Shown here: in pieces, positions 1 to 12,717 of the stretch
Layout: the number at the start of each line of letters is the position of its first letter
Position numbering within the stretch: position 1 is the stretch's first letter
Source: Nageia nagi
Lineage: Eukaryota; Plantae; Pinophyta
Direction of reading: 5' to 3'
DNA: 64,000 nucleotides
Assembly (NCBI GenBank): GCA_050084985.1
Contig: JBITNC010000001.1
Location: forward strand, 164,858,001 to 164,922,000
Notes under the pieces: generated by a model
What the model was told of the DNA's origin: nothing
What the model saw: the letters and a program-made list of their open reading frames with translations, nothing else
Database searches by the model: none
Position numbers and translations under genes: made by a program

Positions 1-769
1 ATATAGATCAAAGTTTCAGAGGTTAATCATAAAGGTTTTCAGGAGGACGGAAGGGGGACAATTATCCTAATGCCTTAGGGTATAATGGTATTTGAAAATG
101 AAATTTTATATAATATTATATGACCCACAAAAGTAATAGAAGAAACAATGACATTTTTTTTCCCATGAAGGACATGAAAGGACATAACAGTAATTGGAGG
201 AGTTATCTTCTCCCAAAGAAAACAAAGCTAGGAAATCTCTCCATGAAGAAAAAATCCTAAGAACTATTGAACAGGTACTTTCGATAGTTTGTAGAATTTT
301 TTTCAGATCTATTTGTGTTATATATTAAAAAGAAAGAAAATATATTAATGTCCATGGGTGACCAAGAGCGAACAATGGGATTGTGAGGTACAAATGTCTT
401 AAACAACATGTAGGGCCCTAGATGGCCCTCACTAGAAGCAAACTACGAAAACAATACAAAAATGTAATAGAGTGACTTAGCCCTAAAAAGGAGTACATAA
501 TTGAAAAATAAAACAAATTAGTCAGGGTTAGTCAGAGGGAGGACTCTCATCTAAACAACTTGACTAGGCTCCCCTTGGGCTATGTTAACTGTTCTCGCAT
601 TGGTGTTGCTAGAGCTAAAGAGGATATGATTCACTAAGACCGTAGAGGAATAGGGTTGGCACACACTTACTGTTTGGTGTGTCAAGTAAGTGGAAGAGGG
701 TCATATCTCCTCTTCCTACGAGCGACCTCCTCCGACGAAGCTTGAAAGAATGAAATAATTAGGCAATCA

Positions 770-1450
770 CTTGTTGGGTGTTGGACGTTAGATAAGAGAT
801 TTTTCTTGAGAATGAATGCCTCTCTAAGGTAGAGTGCCATACAATGCTAATTTGGGTATTGAAAGAAGATCGAGATCGAGCTGTGGGAGTCTTGAAAAAA
901 ATAGTGGTATTGTCCCCGAATCTCATAATAAATAAACTAAGCACTTGAATATGAAATTGTCCTCAATCTTTGACTATACTGAGCACAATCGACAAACTTG
1001 ATGCTCATGTACTAAATGGTGATTAGTATCGATCTGTAGCTGGTAGAAGCAAACTTTGAACCATCCAAGGAACATCCCCATGCCAAGAGGGAGGTGTAAA
1101 TTGATATATCCAGGTGGACCTATCAACCCTCTATCAATCTATAAGAAGTGATGGGAGTATTGTAACAGCTTGGGTGTGAGGGTATGTTGGGGAGCGACCC
1201 AAGTGTATTAAATATATACCTTGTAAGTTGCATCTCTAATCGATGTCAATGTGTCATTTGGGTGTCTATGGTTTCTTTGAATAGATATGGTCATAGTTTT
1301 TTGAACTTAATGAAATCGTACAAAAGATGGCCGATATTGTATCTAGGCGGTTGCATCTCTATTTGGAAAGGTAAGAATTCTTTCTTGGCCATACCTTGCT
1401 ACCAACTACTAAATGAAAGGATTAAGTTTGTAAACATGATTTATTGTACT
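770..1450 (-). mobile_element. Degenerate 3' part of a non-LTR retrotransposon ORF2 (C-terminal Cys/His domain, RTEX/RTE-like)
   Basis: Minus-strand translation across stops reads ...FKVCFYQLQIDTNHHLVHEHQVCRLCSV*SKIEDNFIFKCLVY..IRGQYH..FFQYPN*HCMALYLREA. This resembles the 'R.SSH.L.IE...ER.C..C...E.E.H...C..Y..IR' C-terminus of RTEX-type LINE ORF2. Boundaries are approximate. Confidence 0.5.
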
Positions 1451-2002
1451 GTTTTCATCATCCATATAGATACAATATTATCTTTATATAAAAACCTTAA
1501 TTGGTTTTCCTTATAAATTTAAATACATTTTATTATATGGCATAATTGTTCATGCATAGGACCCTTGATAAATTCTAGGTTGGCAACTCTAGGTTGGCAT
1601 GTGCTTGAGAAAAGGGGGAGATTAATAAGAAATTTTATAGTTGCAGGATGAAATGTCTTTTAAGTCACACTTACAAGTGCCTTTTAGCTAGTGTCCCTTA
1701 GAATTGGCCTCTTAATGACATCAAACTATATCATAATGCATTTGATTGGATTACATATGGATTTCCTTATACACTCATTGTAACATTAGTAGTAGATTAA
1801 ATTTTCAGATTTGTTCATGTAATTCTAAAATTTGTAGGAAAATAGGTGGTCAAGAATCCTAGGTAAGTTCAACAGCCATCATGGAAGGTGAATTGAAGTG
1901 TCACATGTCTTTTCCTTTATATGCATATTTTCGGATGTATTTTCCAATGTTTAAAGAGTTAACACAATATTGGTTTTCATAATCTCCATCCTAGCCTAAC
2001 AT

Positions 2003-2014
2003 TGGTATCAGAGC
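2003..2014 (+). promoter_or_regulatory. Primer-binding site (tRNA-iMet) following an LTR end
   Basis: ...CTAACA (ends 2001), then T, then TGGTATCAGAGC, the canonical PBS-Met. Confidence 0.85.
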
Positions 2015-2397
2015 TTCCAGTTGATGCCCTAGTTTTCAAAACCCTAATACACACTCAGGTATATGCATATAATCGATCATCTAGGTTAGGTGATAGGTAC
2101 ACACTTTGATCTCTCTCATAGGTTACATGCTCTAAATTTGATCCAATAATTTAGGCATTGTTCTTTCAAGTTCATCTCTATGTTATTGCTCTAGTTATAG
2201 TTATTTATGTTATTATTGTTCTATAAGGTCAACATAAGAAATAAGGACCATAGTATGAACCCTATTAAAGTAGATGTGCGTAATTGCAACTTAACCAATT
2301 CATCAAAATTAAGGTTAATTTAAACATCTACATATTGGTGAACCCAACATTTCTTTGCTTTACAAATCTTAAATTAGGGTTTGATAAGGTGCCAAAA

Positions 2398-5200
2398 TGA
2401 TGAATATTTTTACGACAATAGTTAGGATATACGCTCCTAAACCATTTTACGCTCATGGGAATGAAAATTCAAATGTATTTTGTGAGCAAACTAACAATAA
2501 ATGCAGTCCTTCTACCTCAAAGAAAAGAAAGCATAATAAGAAGTAAGTTGTTCCTAATGAGCAAAGAAGACAAAGTGAAAGGATAAAATAGATGCATCAA
2601 CAAGCCCAATCTAGGGTTTTAGACCCAATTGAAGAAGGATCCTATCATGGAGGCATAGGTAATACTCCATACGATGATGAAAGTTCTGCTGCAAGTTCTA
2701 CAAGCTCAAGTAGACACTTGGTAGATAGGGAGGTTCAGACTGATGGAGAATCCCAAGAAGAGGGATTCCAAACTCCAAGAAATAAGAGGATGGTAGTGTC
2801 TTCCCAATCAAACAAGAATGATATTATGCATGCTATAAAAAAATGAGGAAGTTCGACGAGAACTTGTTAAGCATGAGAAGCATAGAATTCGTACTACTTT
2901 TCAAGAGGATCCAATAGAAGAGAAGGTATATATGAGTGAAGTATTGGAGACTGATCATGAAGTTTCTCGTCAAAGGAGAAGATGGCATGAAGCATTACCC
3001 CTCCATCAAGTTCAAAGAAGCAAAAGCCTTAATGATTATGACCCCTTATTAACAAAAAATTGGATTCTTCCAAGGGGCAACTAGTTCACTATAAATGATT
3101 GAACCATTAAATCAAAATATTCCTAGCGTTAATGCCATCCCTAGCATTAATGCCAACTCTCAAAAAGAAAATTCAACAATGGTCACTGAAAGAATGAATG
3201 ATACAGAAAAAAGAAGATGAAGTCAATCAAAACCAACCTATCACAGAACCTAGCATTGACATTGGGGAAACAATGACATTAGAGAGATTATTTCAAGAAG
3301 AACAAGCACAAGAAATTGATCAGGAGAATCAAGAAGGTTCAGTAGATCAACAAGAAAATCCACTAGAAGAAATACTGGATGAAGATGGGTTTGATGACAA
3401 AGGCCTACTCAAGAGATTGGTTTTGAAGATGAAATTGGCATACAAGAGGAAGACAAGGATAAGGAAATTGAGGAGTTGATGGAAAAAGCTTTGCAACCAT
3501 ACCTTTAATGGACAAAAGAAGATAACGGGATCAAATATGATTACCTCAAAGGATGGGATGATTCATATTTAAAAGTCTTCCAAAAGAGGAAACAAACAAG
3601 TTCTATAAATCATTCCTAGAAAAGCTCGAGGATCATCATAATCAAAGAACAGGAATATTTGAACCAAGAGAAAAGTTACCCCTACCAATAGTTGAGATAG
3701 ACCCCAAGAAGACATGGAAAACAACAAGGAAAGTAACAAGATACTGTTGCATGACTTCATGTTGCAAGCAATGGCACCATATGACAAATGGACAAAAGAA
3801 GAAAATGATATCAAGTATGAGTTGCTTCAACATGTAAATGAAGACAAAATTCTGAAGTTATCCTATGATGAAATCATAAGGGCAATAACAAGAACAGTAA
3901 AAAGAGTCACCTATGATAAGGACAATCAAGAAAGGTTGTTTTCAAAGTTAGGGGTATCATCAAGGCAAATAAGGCAGCATGAAGTCATTCAAGTTGAAGA
4001 TCAGAGTTAGTCTCAGGAAGAACAACATGCCATTTCTTCAGAATTAAAATTGCTCAAGAAATAAATGGAAGAAGTTTGTACCCAGTTTTGCAAAAAGGTA
4101 CCAAAAGAACAAGAAACTAGGAATCCTTTATGCCATAGAATAAGAATGAAAATTGGACAACAAAAAAGAAATGAAATTTTCAAAATATGAAGGCAACAAT
4201 GAACCACAAATATACCTCCATATTTTTGATGATGAAGTCTCATTGATAACTATGGATAGAGGTCTTCATGCAAAACTGTTCCCACTATCACTAAAAGGAA
4301 AGGCACTTCAATGGTTCAACAAATTGCCAAGTGGAAGTATTCAAGATTTTGCTCAACTAAGAAAGGTATTTCTCAAAAATTCCAAAATGTTTATTCCCTA
4401 GAGACACATCTTTTCGTGAGTTGATGCAATTAAGACAAAGAGAATATGATTCTATTGAAGGTTTCGTTAAGTATTGGAGAAGGATAGCAAATCAGCTAGC
4501 CATTCGTGACAAACACCAAATTGAAGCCTTCATCCAATCCTTGTAGCAAAAATACAAGGTAATGTGACTTGATTATCATCATCTCCCATTAGATACATTC
4601 GTACACAAAGTTATAGAAAAAGAAAGAATCATGATCAAATGCAGAGAATGGAAATGGCAAAAGAAAGAAAAGATAAGTCTCCTTCAAGAACAGTCCCTAA
4701 GAAAGAAGAGAAAAGAAAGAAAACAAGAAGGAAGAGGAACAAATAGTAGAAAAAGTTGATCAAGTACCAAGCACAGGAAAAGTTCAAGAAGAAAAGCCAT
4801 TACCTCCAAGATAGTTCACTGCAATTCACGATAATGTGCTAAAAATATTGATCAAGAAGAAGCTTATTACTTTGCCTCCACCTCCTAATAGGCAAACAAG
4901 TTACAAAAATGGAGTCCCCAAAGGTTTCAGATTTGAGCACTTTTGCATCTATCATCAGCAACAAGGATACCTCACAAAGAATTGTATTCAATTAAGGCAT
5001 AAAATTCAGGACTTGGTCGATCATGGTAAGATCTCATTCCCTCCTCTAGAAAAGAAGGAAGAGACTTCAGGGCCATAACATGTGCAAAATAGGAACCTTG
5101 GAATCTTTGCTAATCCTTTCCCAAAGTTTGTTAAGGAAAAAGATTCGGATACATCAGTCAACTTTATCAGTGGATATCAGCCTATGTGGAAAAGAGGTAC
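2398..5200 (+). mobile_element. gag: Ty3/gypsy (Tat/Athila-type) gag pseudogene with a long N-terminal extension; no pol follows
   Basis: ORF pieces 2592, 3198, 3714 and 4836 share one frame. Capsid motif KLFPLSLKGKALQWFNKLPSGSIQDFAQLRKVFL (4153-4401), Tat-type knuckle FCIYHQQQGYLTKNCIQLRHKIQDLVD, and an NPFP motif near 5110. Lies downstream of the PBS at 2003. Confidence 0.8.
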
Positions 5201-7813
5201 GAGGCTAGGAAAAAAGTGCACTTGTGCGCATTCCTAAATCCCTCCTCTTTGTCACTTTCAGTAGGGTAGGCTAGGTCTCTTTTTTGTTCTTTTTGTTTTT
5301 GTTTTTGTTTTTTGTTTTTTATTAATGCTACATAAGTTCTGCTCTATAAGGCTGAGATCATTAAGAACAAAAAGATAAAAGGAAAAAACACTTATGTCTC
5401 TTTCAAGTGAGGAAAGAGAAGCTTGGAGAATTAATAGAAATTTGCAATAGCTTGCAGGCTCGACAACTTACAATGTGCATCATCTTGTAATCATCACTAT
5501 GTTCTGCTTACACCAATCAACAAAATACACCTTGTATATCTCCCACTCTCACCAATGTACATCACTAACTTTAGTTGGCACCATGGTACTGCAATCATTG
5601 TATAAGTACCTATCATTCTCAAGGTACTACAACTTCTGTAACCAAGACCTTTTAGACCCAGTAAAACAATCTACATTGACCAGACTTGAACAATGAGAAG
5701 TTCCATGGTAGTTAACGTGTTAATGCTTCTCCACTAAATTGCAGCAACCAGCCTTGGATGCAATGTAAACGGGAATTTGCACACCATCGTGTGCCACGGT
5801 AAAGGACAAATATGAGATAAGAGGAGACAAGCAATGATAACAAGGGCATGAAGATAAGGATATGGATGGCTTGTTCCATATGAAGCAGATCTGGACAAAA
5901 CTGATCGAAAACATGTGTAAGGGGGAAATTGCTAGAGATAATGCCTCGGTGATATTGATTGACTTCTATGATAGCTTATATTGATACTTACAGACAAACT
6001 GGTCACTATTTTTAGGTTGATGTATACGTGCCAAAGTGCAGATGAAAGCACTGAACTGTCTCAATGAAATATTGGCACAGGATATGCCAAATATTTAAAT
6101 ATTGCAGTGCAAAATATTGCATATTCATTCTTATTGTGACAAAGTTAGTTTTCTTTCATAAGAAAAAGGGTGGGAAAGCGGATTATGTAAAAACTAAAAT
6201 AGTCAATTGAGTGTTATTAGGGTAGATCTGTTTTAGAAAAGCACATGTTAAGGTTGTGTTAAACGTTGGTTATTTATTTGTGATTTAGTCTTACAAGAAT
6301 GTAACTACATTATAATCTCACAAATGCTACCATATTTATTTAGTCAAGGATATCAGCCACTTAGCATCCACAATTTTTCGATAAGAGGCCTTTATAGACC
6401 CTTAAACCATATTAATTTAAAGTGGCCACAACTAGGGCATAATGTTTGGATCAAAGGTGCACAAAAATATTGTAGTTGATACGCATTCCTATAACATGGC
6501 ATAGAACAGTTTGGAAAACACCCTAATCTTCTAGTTCTAGTGTGCAGGCTAATGAAAGTACTATCAAGGATTTAAAACAACAAATGAAAAAAAGATACAT
6601 ATTTGTTATAGTTTCTGTTTTAAAACTGCTTTCTTTTTTAGCGTCAATAGTTCACAAAGTAAGAGTTTTTGCCCCATAAAATTTAAATGAATTCAACAAA
6701 TATAAAACACACTATGCTATGGCTTATCCACTTACAATAATTAAGTGACTAGTGCTACTGCTCACAATTAAGTTTACAAAGCAAGCAAGAGTTTTAAACC
6801 CATACGATGTACAAGAAATAACAAACAGCTATAAACACTATCATGCTATTTATTCATCTTTAAGATAAAAGGTATTTAGCCCTTGTAAATAAGTCGCTTG
6901 GACACCTAATGGGCCAACATGAGCAGATTTTCAATATTAACAACTCTTTAAAGCATGCAAGCCTTTCTAATTTTCAGTGTTGAAAGCTACTCATCTTTTT
7001 GCTGAAGGTCTATAGTCGCTAGGAATGAGTCTGACTTACTTCAGTCCTGACATTTTAGTTTTTTTTTTTGGGCTGATCGCTACTTGGAATTGTGCATGGC
7101 TTCAATGTTTATGATGCTAGATGCATAATCAATTAAAAGAGGTGTATTATCTTGACAAGAGGATATATATTTTCTTTTCTTCTCATCACATTACTCTTAT
7201 TGCATTCGCAAGTTTTGCTAGTCCATTATGACTAAATTGCATCTAAAGGAATTTGTTTACAACTTTATACACACTGGATGCCTTATATATGAACATCCTC
7301 AGTTTTTGTGCTTTTTGTTTTAGAACTGTGCCATCTCAGGTGGTATCTCTTACGAAAAGAGAGAAGGCTTTCAAAACTGTACATATCAATAAATGTTTTT
7401 GAGGTTCGGTGTAAGGTTGATTTTACAACGTAAAGTTTCCAATTCACTTAGTTTTGTGTTTTAAAACATATTCCTATTGCGAGTGCCACCAATGCGTTAT
7501 GCAATCATCTTATGAGATAATAGAAGAAACTTTAATGCAGTTTAACATCTATTTTATTGTCAACTTAGAAAAGTGATAGTTTATTCATATTGTGCACCTA
7601 TATTTATTAAGGAGAACTGGGATGATTTAAGCAATAGAGAATTTATGTCATATAATCCTTTTGTGATGGAGAATCAGGGGTAGTTTTCTTCCTGTAATAT
7701 TCTATGCCCTTTTCCATCTTTTAGCCATGTCATTTGGTTTTACATCTTTATATAAGAATCATTTTATCAGAAGAAAGGTTTGATCTTATATGTGCCTTAC
7801 TGTTTTTGCATAG

Positions 7814-8155
7814 GGCGTGAATAATGCTGAACTAGAGCAAATTCTGTCAAGCAGTGTGGTTGCCCGCTTGAGCTGCTTTATAGTGTATTGTTTTATTACT
7901 CCTATTTTAGAAGAAGTTATTTATAGAGGATTCTTATTAACATCTTTGACCATGTACATGGAATGGCCTCTAGCAATGATTCTGAGCTCATGTGCATTCT
8001 CCATTGCTCATTTCTCTTTGGAAAACGCTCTGCAGATTTTCTTTATTGGTTGTATTCTAGGATCTGCATATATATGGAGTAGGAACCTGATGTCCCCTTT
8101 TGTAATTCATTGTATATATAATTTTTCCATCTTAGTAGCAATACTTTCAAGTTGA
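7814..8155 (+). CDS. Terminal coding exon of a CPBP family (CAAX amino-terminal protease / Rce1-Abi-like) membrane metalloprotease
   Basis: Intact motifs EEVIYRGFL (EExxxR), FSIAH (FxxxH) and HCIYN (HxxxN) with hydrophobic TM segments. Preceded by the acceptor TTTTTGCATAG (AG 7812-7813), ends in TGA at 8155, AATAAA near 8307. Confidence 0.9.
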   Translation, partial: GVNNAELEQILSSSVVARLSCFIVYCFITPILEEVIYRGFLLTSLTMYMEWPLAMILSSCAFSIAHFSLENALQIFFIGCILGSAYIWSRNLMSPFVIHCIYNFSILVAILSS

Positions 8156-9856
8156 AGTTAGATAAACATGATATATTTTTGGCCCTTCGCATTTGCGTTA
8201 GCTATTAACATACATAATGTTTCTTGATAGTCTGTCAGCAATATTATCTTCCAAATGTTTATTGTATCAGTCTTTTCTTTATCTTTAATTTTAAACTTTG
8301 CATATAAATAAAGTACCAGTATTAGTTCTTAAAAAACTTCACATATAAATGAAGTACTAGTCCTTAAAATTGGACCTTACTGTGCACTAAGAAAGTGCTG
8401 CATGCATCATTTTTCACATCATAAGATTATTACAGGATTAATACTACTCTGTTAATGTGCATGGATTTTTGAAGTAGAGATTAATGCTTGTGCATTTGCT
8501 TGTGATTTAGTGACCTTATTGTTATATTCTAACGTAACCTTTGACATGGTCTCACTATCACTGTTTCCTGTATCTAACACATCATAAAGGGGAAAACCAT
8601 ATTCATTTACATACAAGGTGTTTTGATAAATATTACAGTACATATTCATAATTGATTGCACTATATGATGCATAGCACACAAGTATAGTAGGGGCAATCT
8701 ATCAACCATTTCGTAGCTACTTAAATAGATTTGTGTGTCATGTATTTCAATTCATACATATTGTAGCTGAGCTTTTGACCAAAACAAAATTAAGTTTTTG
8801 AAGGTCTACATGGCATTAAAAACAGTTAGATCTTTCAAGTTAAGTTACTTAGATATGCTAAATATTAATACGGGATACCAATAGACGATGAATATATAAA
8901 AGTCCTCTTGAACAAACCATCTTACTTGGCACTTGCACTGATTAGCATATATTTGATTACCTGAGCAGAACACATTTAAAAATAAGCATCTTTTAGTTTT
9001 TGAATAATTGTTTTAAGGCATTATTAGTTTGTCTTTTAAGATTCTCGTCTTTACCTAAGCCCAAAATTAATAATATAAAATGAATCACAAAACAACAAAA
9101 TGCCCTAAAAGACTTTCATTTTGCTTGATGCCTTGAGAGATCCAAGAAATTCATTGAGAGTTCGGAGACAAGTGGTTTGAAGGTATGGAAATGCCTTGCA
9201 GAATCCAACTTATTTCAATACCTCAAAGACAAATGACCTATAGGGTTGGGGTAACTTCACTCATATTAATGGATTGAGGGATTGGAAGATGTTACAATAA
9301 CTAATATTTTGTGGGTTTTGATTGCTCCAATAATATTGACTTTAAAGATTTCGTTGAATGGGGATATAATGCCATTGCCTTGAGGGCTTTAGTATGGTGA
9401 CTTCCATTAATGGATTTACAAAATCTCAAACTTGTATATCATTATAGAGAAATTATAATAAAAGTAGTCACATAAAATTATTCTTGTCCTTTATAACAAG
9501 CTATCTTGAGGTGTAGATAGATCATAATCTTGAGGTGTAGATGAGATGTATGATCAAGTGATCATCCTTGTACAAACAAGTTTTAGGTTGCATATGATTT
9601 TATGAATAAAAAATGTTGTTCATTGGACCTTAGTAAAAGCACTTACTTGACCTTTGAAGAATCAATCAACATGGTCTGTTAAGGACTATCAACTTGTCAA
9701 TCATAATGATTTCTTATACTTTAATTGCATATTCTCTTTTTTTTACAAAGACATTAGATAAACCTACAAAAATATTTGTAATTATAATTTGATCCATGAA
9801 TTCATAAACTAAGGTAACCAAAACAAGCCTAACGAATTTATTGTACATCTTAAATC

Positions 9857-11697
9857 TTTTTTTTTTTTTTTGTATAGGTAAAAATGCGGGGTTTTAAAAG
9901 GATCTCCAAAACTTGCAAGATGTTTCATATATAGAATACAAAAGTTCACATAAGAACCCAAAAGAGATCGTATGTATCTTAGTTACAGTAGAACCATAAC
10001 CACATTACAACCAAAGTAGGCTATGGTCACTTACAACTAATTACGAAATAACAAACATATAGAATTTTTGCCCAAATGTAGCTCAGTTACAACCCAACTA
10101 CAGCTTAAACAAATTATATCTCAAGGGCCCAAGAGGAGCCCATGCTTATCCATCGTCTGTTGATGGCCATTGACGATTTCCTCTAATGTTTTTTTGTCAA
10201 AGGCTTGTTTCTTGCTTGGTCTACCTGGTGGGTTTTTTCCAACATCTGGGGTCTTCCTTAGGGTGTGTCTTGTTTTGTCTAAATGCTCATCAACTTCCAA
10301 CTGGATCATTGGTCTTTTCTGTTTGACTTGGTCTTGCGTAATCCTTTTCCTTTTTCATTCTTGTTCATCCATGTGCATGCTTATTGCCTCAAAGTTTGCT
10401 TTTTCAACATCAATAACTCTTATTTTGAAGTTCTTACTTTCTTGATTTTCTTTTGAAATCCATTCTAATGTTGCAAATGCATTGCTTTGGGCATCTTGAG
10501 CTTGATTATGGTTTGTCGCAATTGCTACTCCCTTTCATCCTTGTATTTAATTCCTCGTTTGCTTTTGTATGTGAAGAACCTGTCTTTGTATTGGTTATTG
10601 TTGCACTAGTTCTTCCTCTCTTGCCTCCCGCCTCTTTTTTGGACATTCTTAACTGTAATACCCAAATATCTTGCATAGATTGCATCTTACTAGCAAGTTC
10701 TCATTCCCAATCTCATGCTCCCAAGTTTCTCCATCCTCTTCATCTATGAATATATTTTTTCAAAGTTCTTTTGGGGATGCCAATATTGACATAGGACCTT
10801 ACATACATCATTTTGGTCTTTGTCTTAGTTACTTTGTCTATGGAAACCAAGGACCTTATCCTAGATGCAATTCCAGTTATAATACTCATATTCCAATAAT
10901 CAATTGGAAAGTTTGGGAGACTTACCCATGTAGGAACCAGGTCTATGATTTTTGTTTTGTTTTGAGTACTAATCCTTTCACCCCCAAAACCCAAGGACCT
11001 AATTCCATCACTTTCTCCATGCCTTCTTCATTCTTAAATTTAAATAGTAAGAATTCCTTTGGGAGTGCTACTAGATCAACTTTTTCTTTTATCATCCATT
11101 TCTCAAACATCCACCTACAAATGATATCCAAATTTGGTTTCAACCCCACAAATCTACCAATCATGATGTGCTTGTTATTTTCTACGTCATAGTTCAGAAT
11201 TGTCTTTGGGAGTGAAATACGGATCTCATCATCGACAATCTTGGATTCGATTTTGACCTCTAGTTTATCTTCAATTTATAATATCAACCCATGAGTTCAT
11301 AGGCTTTGGGTCATGTCTTTTCCTAGCCTTCATTGTTGCAGGAACATTATTATTTTTGCCCTTCATTGCCCCCCCCCCACCCCCACCTAGAATTTGGGTT
11401 CCTAATCTTCATCTGTTAGCTACAAACGACACCTCCAAATGTCCTCTATCGCCTTTCCAACATCACCATGCCCTACCAGGCAAAAACGACAGCTCATGCC
11501 CTCCATTGTTGCCCTTCTGACTTCACAAAGCCTGTCCCACTTGAAGCCATCATTGACGCGAAGCCTCAACAGGTGGGGACAACCTTTGCACAAGCCCTCG
11601 CAATTGCGAAAAGCAAGACATGTGCCCTAATCAGATTCTTCATGCTCGCAATTTGTTATTTCGCCCGCATAATTGAAAATTATTACTTTTTACATCT
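9857..11697 (-). mobile_element. L1-type LINE derivative encoding only ORF1, with poly(A) tail and probable TSD
   Basis: Poly(T)15 at 9857-9871 on +. TACATCTTAA flanks both ends (9844-9853 and 11698-11707). The internal DUF4283-type ORF1 is followed by only ~250 bp before the tail. Confidence 0.8.
10121..11410 (-). pseudogene. LINE ORF1 (DUF4283 + zinc knuckle), frameshifted
   Basis: IGRFVGLKPNLDIICRWM...FLLFKFKNEEGMEKVMELGPWVLG; VPTWVSLPNFPIDYW; knuckle RCNLCKIFG....EC near 10640-10690; C-terminus PGRPSKK...IVNGHQQTMD. Confidence 0.85.
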
Positions 11698-12717
11698 TAC
11701 ATCTTAATTTTGTTAAAAATAATCATTCAAATACATAATTGATATATTTTATCTCGACAAACTTTGATAGCTCCTACAAACAATGAATTGAAAAGGATGT
11801 TAAAAAACTTATATTATCTTATTATGGACAAGGAACTTTCCTTTTTAACATTTTGGTTGAGATACATTTGGTACTTACATGTTACCCTTCTCTTATGTTT
11901 CTATTTTCCTAATCTATTATTATAAAGATCTATGCCATGCTAATGAATGTGATCCTTTTATCTAGTTTAGCATCAAGGTTTGTTGGGAGGTGTGATATAG
12001 ACCATATCCCTACTATATTGTACATCCTTGGTCCATTTAACAACTTAATTATATTGAAATACAATCATATTCATGTTTGTTGCTCAAAATATTTTTGTTT
12101 GCCAACAAACCAATCTTTTTGGCTAACAATATATCAACTTTTTCTCGTAAAAAAATCATTGAAAAAAGTAATGTCAAGTTATATTATGCAAACTTTGATC
12201 AATATTAATGCTATGATTGCTATGCTCTTGGCTTATCATATTTTACCCATTTCTATTTATGTTGCATTAGAAGCACCATTATGGAAACCTTATGATTATA
12301 TTATGTTATTAATCATCTCGTTGATTTATTCATGCTTTCAAGAGTTGGTTAAATTTTAAGGATTATCATCATACATTTAATTGGAGCACTATCATCATCC
12401 TTTTGTTCCTTGGAGCAACAAAGGACCCTTGATGGAAAGATCCATGATGTATCATTCTTAGTTTAATCTTTGAGTAGTAGAAGATCCTTCATGTAAAAGT
12501 TTTGTTAACATAAGTGGGGAATCATAAATACTCTAGTTATATATCCTACTTAATTTTTATTATTATTTTATCATTTCATGTTTGTCATTATGGTTTATCT
12601 ATGTTTTTCATGATCATTGTTATGGTTCATTTATGATTATCATTGTTAGTACTATGGTTCATGTATTCTTATCATGTTCATCTAATAAGGAAAATGCCTA
12701 ATTGCTATCAAGAATTT

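Noticed and set aside
5919-6600. PPT-like AAGGGGGAAAT-TG as start of the 3' LTR for the gag element
   Set aside because: The downstream sequence does not match the region upstream of the PBS at 2003.
10170-11192. Plus-strand ORFs of 91-173 aa
   Set aside because: Antisense shadows of LINE ORF1.
11937-12359. 140-aa hydrophobic ORF
   Set aside because: No recognisable motif, and the composition is typical of chance ORFs in AT-rich decayed TE DNA.
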